Both the position numbers and the translations under genes were made by a program. Positions 9,864 to 18,838 of a DNA stretch of 64,000 nt are shown piece after piece. Numbering within the stretch: position 1 is the stretch's first letter; each line of letters begins with the position of its first letter. Below the pieces are notes generated by a model, which ran no database searches, was not told the origin of the DNA, and saw nothing but the letters and a program-made list of their open reading frames with translations. The DNA comes from Elusimicrobiota bacterium (GTDB taxonomy: Bacteria > Elusimicrobiota > Elusimicrobia > UBA1565 > UBA9628): contig DAHVNA010000001.1 of assembly GCA_027319565.1 (NCBI GenBank), forward strand, positions 43,526 to 107,525, read 5' to 3'.

Positions 9864-11675
9864 ATGGATCCTAGGCATATTCGCAATTTTTCGATTATCG
9901 CCCATATCGATCACGGCAAATCCACCTTGGCGGACCGAATTCTGGAACAGACGGGGAGTTTAGACCGGAAAATGCGCCATGTCGATCAGGTGATGGATTC
10001 AATGGAGCTTGAGCGTGAGCGCGGCATTACGATTAAGGCTAAAGCCGTCCGGATGAAATATAATTTCAAGGGAGAAGAGTTCATCCTTAATTTGATTGAT
10101 ACCCCCGGGCACGTGGATTTTAGTTATGAGGTTTCCCGCGCCTTGGCGGCTTGCGAAGGGGCTTTGCTGCTAGTGGACGCGACCCAGGGGGTCGAAGCGC
10201 AGACAATCGCCCACGCGGGTTTGGCCGGCTCTTTAGGGCTTAAAATTATTCCCGTTATCAATAAAATTGATTTGCCCTCGGCCGATTTGGACGCGACTCT
10301 CGAGCAGATTTGGGAAACCTTAAAAATTGAGGAAGAAGAAATTCGAGTCAGCGCAAAAGAAGGCCGCGGGGTTTCCGAACTTTTAGAAGAAATCGTGCGC
10401 CGAATTCCGCCGCCGGATGCCAATCCCGAAAGCCCTCTTTGCGCCCTGATTTTTGATTCGACCTTTAATTCTTACCGGGGAGTCGTCTTGTTGGTTCGCC
10501 TCAAGGACGGAATCGCCAAAGCCGGAATGAAGATTCGATTCTTTTCGACGGGACATGAGGCGGTCATTGAAGAAGTCGGATTTTTGATGCCGCAACTCCG
10601 CAAGGCCGATAGTTTGTCGGCGGGAGAGGTAGGCTACGTTATTTGCGGTATTAAAGATATTCATCAGGTTCGGGTCGGAGACACGATTATGGAGTCGATG
10701 AGGCCTTTGGCGAAGCCCTTGAGCGGATATCAAGAAGCCAAGCCCGTCGTTTTTGCCGGCATTTTCCCGGTCAACGCCGCCGACTATCAATCTTTGTCGA
10801 GCGCGCTCCAAAAACTCAATTTGGAAGACAGCTCCTTTCAGTATCAGGGCGAGCAGTCCCAGGCTTTGGGGTTTGGTTTTCGTCTCGGGTTTCTCGGGCT
10901 TCTGCACATGGAAATTCTTAAAGAACGCCTTGAGCGCGAGTTCGGACTCTCTTTGATTATCACCGCTCCCAATGTCCGCTACCGCGTTCAAATTAAAGAG
11001 GGGTCTTGGAAGGTGGTTGAAAATCCCTCTCAGTGGCCGGATCGCTCCATTATCCAATCTGTCGAAGAGCCATATGTCTTGGCGACGATGATCGTTCCGG
11101 TCGAATATCAGGAAGGGGTTCTCAATTTGCTCAAGGAAAAGCGCGGCGAGTATAAAAATATTGAATATCTATCGAACAAACGACTTTTGATAGAATACCA
11201 TTTGCCGCTTTCGGAGATGGTCATTAGTTTTTATGATCGGCTAAAATCCATTTCCAAAGGCTATGCGTCCTTGGACTATCAGCCGGAGGGCTATCGCGTC
11301 TCCGATTTGGTTTTCCTGGAAATTTTAATTCATGGACAAGCGGTAGACGCCTTGAGTCAAATTGTCCACCGCGATAAGGCCTACGGGGTCGCTAAGGCTC
11401 TTTGCGAGAAGCTCAAGGAATTGATTCCGCGGCAAAATTTTGAGGTGGCGATCCAAGCTCAAATCGACGGGCGTATTATCGCGCGGGAAACCCAGTCGGC
11501 GGCGAGAAAAGACGTTCTCGCCAAATGCTATGGCGGCGACATCACTCGAAAGCGGAAGTTGTTGGAAAAGCAGAAAGAAGGAAAGAGAAAGGCGAAACTT
11601 TTAGGCAAGGTCGAGGTGCCGCAGGAGGCGTTTTTGGCCGCCTTAAGGATCGATGAACCGTCGGAAAGGGGATAA
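9864..11675 (+). CDS. lepA: Elongation factor 4 LepA
   Basis: IRNFSIIAHIDHGKSTLADR; KCYGGDITRKRKLLEKQKEGK. Confidence 0.98.
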   Translation: MDPRHIRNFSIIAHIDHGKSTLADRILEQTGSLDRKMRHVDQVMDSMELERERGITIKAKAVRMKYNFKGEEFILNLIDTPGHVDFSYEVSRALAACEGALLLVDATQGVEAQTIAHAGLAGSLGLKIIPVINKIDLPSADLDATLEQIWETLKIEEEEIRVSAKEGRGVSELLEEIVRRIPPPDANPESPLCALIFDSTFNSYRGVVLLVRLKDGIAKAGMKIRFFSTGHEAVIEEVGFLMPQLRKADSLSAGEVGYVICGIKDIHQVRVGDTIMESMRPLAKPLSGYQEAKPVVFAGIFPVNAADYQSLSSALQKLNLEDSSFQYQGEQSQALGFGFRLGFLGLLHMEILKERLEREFGLSLIITAPNVRYRVQIKEGSWKVVENPSQWPDRSIIQSVEEPYVLATMIVPVEYQEGVLNLLKEKRGEYKNIEYLSNKRLLIEYHLPLSEMVISFYDRLKSISKGYASLDYQPEGYRVSDLVFLEILIHGQAVDALSQIVHRDKAYGVAKALCEKLKELIPRQNFEVAIQAQIDGRIIARETQSAARKDVLAKCYGGDITRKRKLLEKQKEGKRKAKLLGKVEVPQEAFLAALRIDEPSERG

Positions 11676-11677
11676 AC

Positions 11678-12676
11678 ATGGAAGGACGACTTTTTTTAAT
11701 CGGAGTGGCGATGGGACTCTATACCTGGAGGAGCCGAAGCCTGAAAAAAAATGGCGGTTTGGACAGCCCTCTGAGAAGGGGGCTGTGGCACGGGCTTTTC
11801 TGTTCTCTCGCCGCGGCGGCGGCGGCCTTGGTTTTATCGGTGTCGATGGAAAAACACACGCGCTTTGTCTTTGTCGGTCCCAATGCCTTTGCGGCTTCGG
11901 AATTTTATCCCAGTATTATCGCCGCGATTGTCGGGTTCATTTACGGGTTTTTCCGCGGCAAGGCCGAGCCGGAAAGTAAGAGAGGCTATTTTTTGCTGGA
12001 AGACTCGGAATGGGCGGAAACGGTTTTTTCCGCCGTCCTTCTAGCGGCGACGATTATGTATTTCATCGTTCAAGCTTTTAAAATTCCCTCCGGGTCGATG
12101 GAGAATACGCTGTTGATCGGCGATCATCTTTTCGTCAATAAATTTATCTATGGGCTGAGGATTCCATTTACGGGAGAGCGTATTTTCAATTTTCGCGGGG
12201 TTAAAAGGGGGGACATCATGGTTTTCTCTTTTCCCGACCAAGATCCCCGCGATGTCCACTGCGGTTCCGTTCAATACCACCGAGATTTCATTAAGCGCGT
12301 GATCGGGCTTCCGGGAGATAAAATCGAGGTCAGGGCCGGGCAACTCTACATTAACGATGTTCCGATTAAAAACGAGCCATATGCTCATTTTTCCGATGGC
12401 GAGATGCGCCAGCCGGAATCGGTTCGGGCTTTTGATCTCAGTCCCAAAAAATACCAGGAATTGTGGCAGAATCACGAGCTGGACGGCATACTCCAAGACG
12501 TCCAGCGCGATTTCTTTGGGCCCGTAACCGTTCCTCCCAATTCCTATTTTATGATGGGGGACAATCGCGACCGCTCCTGCGATTCTCGCTATTGGGGTCC
12601 GGTTCCGCTCAAAGACGTGCGCGGCAAGGCTTGGTTTATCTATTGGCCGCCGTCGCGGATGGGAACGGTTCACTGA
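11678..12676 (+). CDS. lepB: Signal peptidase I
   Basis: IPSGSM (Ser), IKRVIGLPGD (Lys), GDNRDxSxDSRYWG; follows lepA. Confidence 0.93.
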   Translation: MEGRLFLIGVAMGLYTWRSRSLKKNGGLDSPLRRGLWHGLFCSLAAAAAALVLSVSMEKHTRFVFVGPNAFAASEFYPSIIAAIVGFIYGFFRGKAEPESKRGYFLLEDSEWAETVFSAVLLAATIMYFIVQAFKIPSGSMENTLLIGDHLFVNKFIYGLRIPFTGERIFNFRGVKRGDIMVFSFPDQDPRDVHCGSVQYHRDFIKRVIGLPGDKIEVRAGQLYINDVPIKNEPYAHFSDGEMRQPESVRAFDLSPKKYQELWQNHELDGILQDVQRDFFGPVTVPPNSYFMMGDNRDRSCDSRYWGPVPLKDVRGKAWFIYWPPSRMGTVH

Positions 12677-12694
12677 GGGACGTTTCCATTTTGC

Positions 12695-13096
12695 TTAAGA
12701 ATGCGTGCGCTTGGGAATGTAGCGAACCCCGTCTAAATCCTTGAAAGCGGCGTCTTGGGTCCACAAAACGGCATTTTTCATGCGGGCGGTGGCCAGAATG
12801 ACGGCATCGGCCATCGGCAGGTTGAGTCGGACGGCGAGTTGCGCGGCATTTAAAGCGACGGCGGCGTTCAATTCGACGACGTCTCCCTGTTGCATTAAGG
12901 CCGCAACCTGAAGCGCGGAGTTTTCTCCGCGTTGAACTAAGACCCGTTTAAAGACTTCATAGATAGAAATAGAGGGGACCACGAGGAGCTTGGTCTCTTC
13001 AATCGCGGGAGCGAAAAAGGCCGCATTGCGGCCATCCGCTAGATATTCCAGCCAGCCGGAGGAGTCTACGACGTTCAAGACGATATTAGCGCTCAT
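12695..13096 (-). CDS. vapC: VapC PIN-domain toxin
   Basis: VVDSSGWLEY, YEV, MADAVILATA, LWTQD; start moved to ATG 13096. Confidence 0.88.
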   Translation of the reverse strand: MSANIVLNVVDSSGWLEYLADGRNAAFFAPAIEETKLLVVPSISIYEVFKRVLVQRGENSALQVAALMQQGDVVELNAAVALNAAQLAVRLNLPMADAVILATARMKNAVLWTQDAAFKDLDGVRYIPKRTHS

Positions 13097-13112
13097 CGTT
13101 GAACCCTGGGGC

Positions 13113-13322
13113 TTAAAACCGGTCTTTTTCCCGCGGGAGGTTGGTGTCGATGCCCTTGAGAAAACCGCGCATGGCCTTGGCGGGGCGCACAAGGATAAAC
13201 TCGATGCGGTTTTCATAGCTTAGAACCTGGACCTTTTCGCCGGGGCGAATTCCCAGCGACTGCCGCACATCTAAAGGTATGACGACCTGGTATTTCGGCG
13301 AGATCGTGACCGTGTGTTGCAT
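13113..13322 (-). CDS. vapB: AbrB/MazE-type antitoxin
   Basis: VTISPKYQVVIPLDVRQSLGIRPG; directly upstream of the PIN gene. Confidence 0.88.
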   Translation of the reverse strand: MQHTVTISPKYQVVIPLDVRQSLGIRPGEKVQVLSYENRIEFILVRPAKAMRGFLKGIDTNLPREKDRF

Positions 13323-13379
13323 GGGCTTTCTCCTATCGATATCTACATTGTAATACTATAACACGATCGATTGGAATTG

Positions 13380-14270
13380 TCAATGCGCGTTTTTTGAAGG
13401 GGAGTTCTTTTCTTTCGCCGCGGATTTAAGCATGGCCGCGGCGGTGTAAACGACGACTAAAATGACAAGCCAGCGAATCAAGGTCAACGGGAGAGATTTA
13501 ACCACGTAGGCGGCGATCAAAACGGCTGGACTTCCGCCAATAGTCAGACCCAAGGCCGGACCAGCTTCATATTTCTTTTCCTTAATAAAACGCGCGGCGG
13601 CGACCGGCATTAAAAACGCGCAGGAACCCATCATGATGGGAAAAGCCGCCTTCGGATTCATTCCTAAAAGGCTAATCAAGATCATGCAGGGGGCGTAGAG
13701 CCCGATTCCCAGGGTCATTAAGGCGCCTAAAATGAAGTTGCCTAAAACGGCGATGATAAGTCTTAGCCCCCAAAGCTTTTCAGCGATTCCCCCGGCCGGA
13801 AATAGCCCGAAATTGGAAGCCAGAAAAATGCCGGCCGCGACAAAAAGGGCGATTCCCATGCCGATTTGAATTTTACGGCGAGAAAGCGAAGCGACGATTC
13901 CCGATCCCAGCCAGGCGCCGACAACGGAGGCGGCAATCATCAAGACCAAGGTCTTGGCCTCCACCGAGACAATGGCGATAAAGATTAAGGCCTCAAGCAA
14001 GGTCGGTATCGTGTGACCGACATTGAGGGTTCCGGGGATATTTTCATCGGAGACCACTTTGGCGATTTTAAAAAGGGCGGTGGTGGTGGCAAAAGAGCCG
14101 ATTCCCAAGGTGTCGAGAAAATCGGTCGCAAAACCGATGGCCGATTCCGCGAGAGTGGGCATGAGCCGGCGGGAAAAATCCTTGCTCGATAAGAGAGCCT
14201 TGATCCAAATAAAAATAAAAGCAACCCCAAAAACCCCCAGGGCGACAAACAGCGCGAATTTGAGAGACAT
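13380..14270 (-). CDS. TauE/SafE (TSUP) family permease
   Basis: Multi-TM protein with DTLGIGSFA / LGIGLYAP internal repeats. Confidence 0.75.
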   Translation of the reverse strand: MSLKFALFVALGVFGVAFIFIWIKALLSSKDFSRRLMPTLAESAIGFATDFLDTLGIGSFATTTALFKIAKVVSDENIPGTLNVGHTIPTLLEALIFIAIVSVEAKTLVLMIAASVVGAWLGSGIVASLSRRKIQIGMGIALFVAAGIFLASNFGLFPAGGIAEKLWGLRLIIAVLGNFILGALMTLGIGLYAPCMILISLLGMNPKAAFPIMMGSCAFLMPVAAARFIKEKKYEAGPALGLTIGGSPAVLIAAYVVKSLPLTLIRWLVILVVVYTAAAMLKSAAKEKNSPSKNAH

Positions 14271-14292
14271 TGAATAGAGGATAACACTTTCA

Positions 14293-14326
14293 TTAATGGA
14301 ATTTTAACGCCCGGCCCTGTTAAAAT
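14293..14326 (+). promoter_or_regulatory. Candidate KdpE box and extended -10 of kdpFABC
   Basis: TTAATG/TTAACG direct repeat with 11-bp period over the -35 zone; TGtTAAAAT at 14318-14326. Confidence 0.55.
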
Positions 14327-14334
14327 AGAGAGGT

Positions 14335-14424
14335 ATGGCGTATAGTTACATCGTCTCGGGCGTGCTGGTCATTGTGTTATTGATTTATATGCTCTTTGCC
14401 TTGTTTAAGCCGGAGTGGTTCTAG
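14335..14424 (+). CDS. kdpF: K+-transporting ATPase subunit F (29 aa)
   Basis: MAYSYIVSGVLVIVLLIYMLFALFKPEWF; typical YxxxALxxPExF end, directly before kdpA. Confidence 0.9.
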   Translation: MAYSYIVSGVLVIVLLIYMLFALFKPEWF

Positions 14425-14431
14425 GTGTTTT

Positions 14432-16114
14432 ATGACCATTAATGATTGGATTCAAATAGGGGTTTATCTTGGAGTTTTGCTTCTCTTGGTCAAGCCTTTG
14501 GGGCTTTACATGGCCAAAATTTTCGAGGGAGAATGGCCCGGTCCCCGCGTTTCTTCCCTTGTGGAGCGTCCGATCTATCGCCTATTTGGAGTTGATGACT
14601 CATCCGAGATGAATTGGAAGTCTTATGCCGTTTCCATGCTTCTCTTTAATTTTTTTGGCTTTGTCATCGTCTACGCCATTGAGAGATTGCAGTTTTATTT
14701 GCCGCTGAATCCTCAAAAATTCGCCGGAGTTCCGCCGGATTTGGCCTTTAACACCGCGGTCAGTTTTGTGACCAACACCAATTGGCAGGCTTATGGGGGC
14801 GAGACCACCATGAGTTATTTGACCCAGATGGCGGCCCTCACCACCCAGAACTTCGTTTCGGCGGCCTCCGGCATGGCGGTTTTAATCGCCTTGATTCGAG
14901 GCATTACCCGCAAACAGACGGAGTGGTTGGGAAATTTCTGGGTTGATTTAACGCGCGGCGTCCTTTATATTCTTTTGCCTCTTTCTTTCCTTTTGGCCCT
15001 GGCTTTAATTTCCCAGGGCGTCATCCAGAATTTTAGCCCTTATCGCATGGTTCAAGATAAACTAATCCCCATGGGGCCAGCCGCTTCTCAAATCGCGATT
15101 AAACAATTGGGAACCAACGGCGGGGGTTTTTTTAACGCCAATTCCGCCCATCCCTTTGAAAATCCCACTCCGCTGTCAAACTTTTTGGAGATGTTGTCCA
15201 TTCCCCTCATTGCGGCTGCTTTATGCTACACCTTTGGCGCTATGGTTAAAGACGTCAAACAAGGATGGGGGATACTGACGGCGATGGTCTTGATTTTTGT
15301 TCCGCTCCTTTTAATGGCCGTTCATTCCGAGCGGGCGGGAAACCCGGCTTTTGCGTCCTTGGGCATCGATCAATCGTCGGGCAACATGGAGGGAAAAGAA
15401 GTTCGCTTAGGCGCCGTCAATTCGGCCTTGTGGGGGGCGGTGACAACCGCGACCTCCAATGGTTCTGTCAATTCCATGCATGATTCCTTTATGCCTTTAG
15501 GCGGATTTGTCACTCTTTTCATGATGCAGTTAAGCGAAGTCGTTTTTGGCGGAGTCGGCTGCGGCCTCTATGGGATGCTCGCCTTTGTCTTCGTGGCGGT
15601 CTTTGTCGCGGGATTAATGGTGGGGCGCACTCCAGAATATTTGGGAAAAAAGATAGAGAGTTTTGAGATGCAAATGGCTTCCGTCGTCATTTTGATCATG
15701 CCGGCTATTGTCTTGGCGTCAACCGCGATTGCCGTCAGCTGTGAGATTGGAAAATCCGCCGTTTCAAATCCCGGGCCGCACGGGTTTAGCCAGATTCTCT
15801 ATGCCTTTACTTCCATGGGAAATAACAACGGAAGCGCTTTCGCCGGGCTTAATGCCGATAACCCCTTTTATAATATCCTCGGGGGCTGGGTCATGCTTTT
15901 AAGCCGCTTTTGGGTGAAAATTCCGGTCCTGGCCATGGCGGGATCTCTCGCGCGGAAAAAGATCATTCCCTCCGGCCCCGGAACTTTGCGGACTTCCTCT
16001 GTCTTATTTATCGGGCTGTTAATCGGGGTTGTTCTCATCGTCGGAGTTTTGTCGTTTGTTCCCGCCTTGGCCTTGGGGCCCATCGCGGAATATTTGGGAA
16101 TGGCCCATCTATGA
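14432..16114 (+). CDS. kdpA: K+-transporting ATPase subunit A
   Basis: [36 protein letters not shown]. Confidence 0.97.
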   Translation: MTINDWIQIGVYLGVLLLLVKPLGLYMAKIFEGEWPGPRVSSLVERPIYRLFGVDDSSEMNWKSYAVSMLLFNFFGFVIVYAIERLQFYLPLNPQKFAGVPPDLAFNTAVSFVTNTNWQAYGGETTMSYLTQMAALTTQNFVSAASGMAVLIALIRGITRKQTEWLGNFWVDLTRGVLYILLPLSFLLALALISQGVIQNFSPYRMVQDKLIPMGPAASQIAIKQLGTNGGGFFNANSAHPFENPTPLSNFLEMLSIPLIAAALCYTFGAMVKDVKQGWGILTAMVLIFVPLLLMAVHSERAGNPAFASLGIDQSSGNMEGKEVRLGAVNSALWGAVTTATSNGSVNSMHDSFMPLGGFVTLFMMQLSEVVFGGVGCGLYGMLAFVFVAVFVAGLMVGRTPEYLGKKIESFEMQMASVVILIMPAIVLASTAIAVSCEIGKSAVSNPGPHGFSQILYAFTSMGNNNGSAFAGLNADNPFYNILGGWVMLLSRFWVKIPVLAMAGSLARKKIIPSGPGTLRTSSVLFIGLLIGVVLIVGVLSFVPALALGPIAEYLGMAHL

Positions 16115-18174
16115 AGCCGACATCCAGAAAGAAGTCTTTGTTTGACCCGCCGCTCCTGAGAAGGGCGGCGCTCGATTCCTTTCTTAAATTATCGCCGCGC
16201 AATCAGATGAGAAATCCGGTGATGTTTTGCGTTTTTGTCGGGGCGATTTTAAGCTCGGGCTTATTTGTCCAGAGTCTTCTGGGAACGGGAGAAGCCCCTT
16301 CCGGTTTTATCTTTCAGATTTCAGCGTGGCTGTGGTTTACCCTTTTGTTCGCCAATTTCGCCGAAGCGATGGCGGAGGGGCGGGGCAAGGCTCAGGCGGA
16401 GAGTTTAAGAAAGACCCGAAAGGAGGTCAAGGCCAGAAAATTGAGTTCTGCCCAAAAAAATTCGGATTTTGTCGTCGTCTCTTCATCGGAACTCCGCTCT
16501 GGAGATATCGTTTTAGTTCAAGCCGGCGACTTTATCCCGGGAGACGGAGAAGTCATCGAGGGAATCGCTTCGGTCAATGAAAGCGCGATCACCGGCGAAA
16601 GCGCGCCGGTCATCCGGGAAAGCGGCGGGGATCGCAGCGCGGTGACCGGAGGGACCTTGGTCCTGTCCGATTGGATTATCGTTAAAATATCCGCCAATCC
16701 CGGCGAGGCCTTTTTAGATAGAATGATCGCGCTGGTTGAAGGCGCCAAACGCCAAAAAACTCCCAATGAAATCGCCCTCAATATTTTACTGGCGGCGTTG
16801 ACCATTATTTTCTTGTTGGTCTGCGCGACGCTCCTTCCTTTTTCCATTTATAGCGCGGGCGTCTCCGGCCATGGAAATCCCGTGACGATCACGGTTTTAA
16901 TCGCGCTTTTTGTCTGCTTGGCGCCGACCACGATAGGCGGTCTTTTGTCGGCTATTGGCGTGGCAGGCATGGACCGAATGATTCAAGCCAACGTCATCGC
17001 GACCTCAGGAAGAGCGGTCGAGGCGGCGGGAGACGTGGACATCCTTTTATTGGATAAGACCGGAACGATTACTCTCGGCAATCGCCAGGCTGTCGAACTC
17101 ATTGCGGCTCCCGGAGTTTCAGAGGGTGATCTGGCCGATGCGGCCCAATTGTCCTCCTTGGCGGATGAGACTCCCGAAGGGCGCAGCATTGTCGTCTTGA
17201 CCAAGGAGCGTTATGGAATTAGGGCCCGGCAGTTGCGGGAGTTGGGAGCAAGTTTCATTCCTTTTAGCGCGCGCACCCGGATGAGCGGCGTCAACATTGA
17301 AGACCGCGCCATCCGTAAAGGGGCCGCCGAGGCGATAGAGGCGTTTATCCAAGATCAAAACGGGGTGTATCCGAGGGAGATTAAAGAGTTGGTCGAAAGA
17401 GTCGCCAGACAGGGAGAAACTCCCTTGGTTTTTGCCGACGGCCCCAAGGTCTTGGGAATCGTCCGCTTAAAGGATATCGTCAAAGGCGGCATCCGCGAGA
17501 GATTCGCTGATTTAAGGAAAATGGGAATTCGGACGATCATGGTGACCGGCGACAATTCCTTGACCGCCGCGGCCATTGCCGCGGAAGCGGGGGTGGATGA
17601 TTTTCTCGCGCAAGCCTCTCCGGAAGCGAAACTCCGCTATATTCGCGATCTTCAAAAAGAAGGGCGCCTGGTCGCGATGACGGGAGACGGGACCAATGAC
17701 GCTCCGGCCTTGGCTCAAGCGGATGTGGCGGTCGCGATGAACACGGGAACGCAGGCGGCCAAGGAAGCGGGCAATATGGTGGATTTAGATTCCAATCCGA
17801 CCAAGCTCATCGAAATTGTCGAGATTGGAAAACAATTATTGATGACTCGCGGCGCCTTGACCACTTTTAGCATCGCCAATGATATCGCGAAATATTTTGC
17901 CATCATCCCAGCGGCCTTTGTCGGCGTCTATCCCTCTTTAAACGCGCTCAACGTCATGCATCTCTCAAATCCTCAAAACGCCATTCTTTCCGCCGTTATT
18001 TTTAACGCCCTTATCATCGTGTTTCTCATTCCCCTGGCCTTAAGAGGCGTTCGCTATCGCCACGTTTCTGCCGAAGAGCTTTTGCGCCGGCATGTTTTGA
18101 TTTACGGTTTAGGCGGCCTCATCGTTCCCTTTGTCGGAATCAAGATGATTGACCTTATTTTGAGGTGGATTTAA
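16111..18174 (+). CDS. kdpB: K+-transporting ATPase subunit B
   Basis: TGES, DKTGTIT, TGDN, GDGTND; ATGA overlap with kdpA. Confidence 0.97.
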   Translation: MKPTSRKKSLFDPPLLRRAALDSFLKLSPRNQMRNPVMFCVFVGAILSSGLFVQSLLGTGEAPSGFIFQISAWLWFTLLFANFAEAMAEGRGKAQAESLRKTRKEVKARKLSSAQKNSDFVVVSSSELRSGDIVLVQAGDFIPGDGEVIEGIASVNESAITGESAPVIRESGGDRSAVTGGTLVLSDWIIVKISANPGEAFLDRMIALVEGAKRQKTPNEIALNILLAALTIIFLLVCATLLPFSIYSAGVSGHGNPVTITVLIALFVCLAPTTIGGLLSAIGVAGMDRMIQANVIATSGRAVEAAGDVDILLLDKTGTITLGNRQAVELIAAPGVSEGDLADAAQLSSLADETPEGRSIVVLTKERYGIRARQLRELGASFIPFSARTRMSGVNIEDRAIRKGAAEAIEAFIQDQNGVYPREIKELVERVARQGETPLVFADGPKVLGIVRLKDIVKGGIRERFADLRKMGIRTIMVTGDNSLTAAAIAAEAGVDDFLAQASPEAKLRYIRDLQKEGRLVAMTGDGTNDAPALAQADVAVAMNTGTQAAKEAGNMVDLDSNPTKLIEIVEIGKQLLMTRGALTTFSIANDIAKYFAIIPAAFVGVYPSLNALNVMHLSNPQNAILSAVIFNALIIVFLIPLALRGVRYRHVSAEELLRRHVLIYGLGGLIVPFVGIKMIDLILRWI

Positions 18175-18175
18175 G

Positions 18176-18781
18176 ATGACAGCCAAAGAAATCCAAAATC
18201 AAAGCGTCATTGCCCTCAAGGTCATCTGCTTTTTTACGATTTTATTGGGGCTTCTCTATCCTGCCCTTGTGACCGCGTTCGGACAGGTTTTGTTTCCCCG
18301 GCAGGCTCAAGGCAGCTTGATTGTCGATAGCGGCCAGGTCCGCGGCTCGGCTTTGATTGGTCAATCCTTTGACGGAGATAATTACTTTTGGGGGAGACCG
18401 TCGGCGACCAGTCCTGATCCTTATAATTCCGCTTCATCTTCAGGCTCTAATTGGGGGCCCAATAATCCCGCCCTTTGGGCGGCGGTGAAAGAGCGGATCG
18501 CCTTCTACAGAAAAAATAATCCCTCCTCCAAAAAAATACCCGTCGATTTAGTGACCGCCTCCGGAAGCGGCCTTGACCCCGATATTAGCCCCGAGGCCGC
18601 TTTTTTTCAGGTCAAAAGAGTCGCTCATGCGCGGGGAATTTCCGAAGCCGTCGTTCAAAAGCTGGTCCAAGACCATATTCAAACGCGGCAATGGGGGTTT
18701 TTAGGCGAACCCCGGGTCAATGTGTTACTCCTCAATCTGGCGCTAGACAGGATTTCCAAAAATACCCCGGTTTCAAGATAG
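18176..18781 (+). CDS. kdpC: K+-transporting ATPase subunit C
   Basis: [35 protein letters not shown]. Confidence 0.97.
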   Translation: MTAKEIQNQSVIALKVICFFTILLGLLYPALVTAFGQVLFPRQAQGSLIVDSGQVRGSALIGQSFDGDNYFWGRPSATSPDPYNSASSSGSNWGPNNPALWAAVKERIAFYRKNNPSSKKIPVDLVTASGSGLDPDISPEAAFFQVKRVAHARGISEAVVQKLVQDHIQTRQWGFLGEPRVNVLLLNLALDRISKNTPVSR

Positions 18782-18800
18782 CTGTCGACTTCCTTGGGTC

Positions 18801-18829
18801 TTGCCTCAAGGGGGCCGAATCGCTACAAT
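18801..18829 (+). promoter_or_regulatory. Sigma70 promoter of kdpDE
   Basis: TTGCCT-17 nt-TACAAT, 9 nt before ATG 18839. Confidence 0.6.
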
Positions 18830-18838
18830 GGTAAAAAG

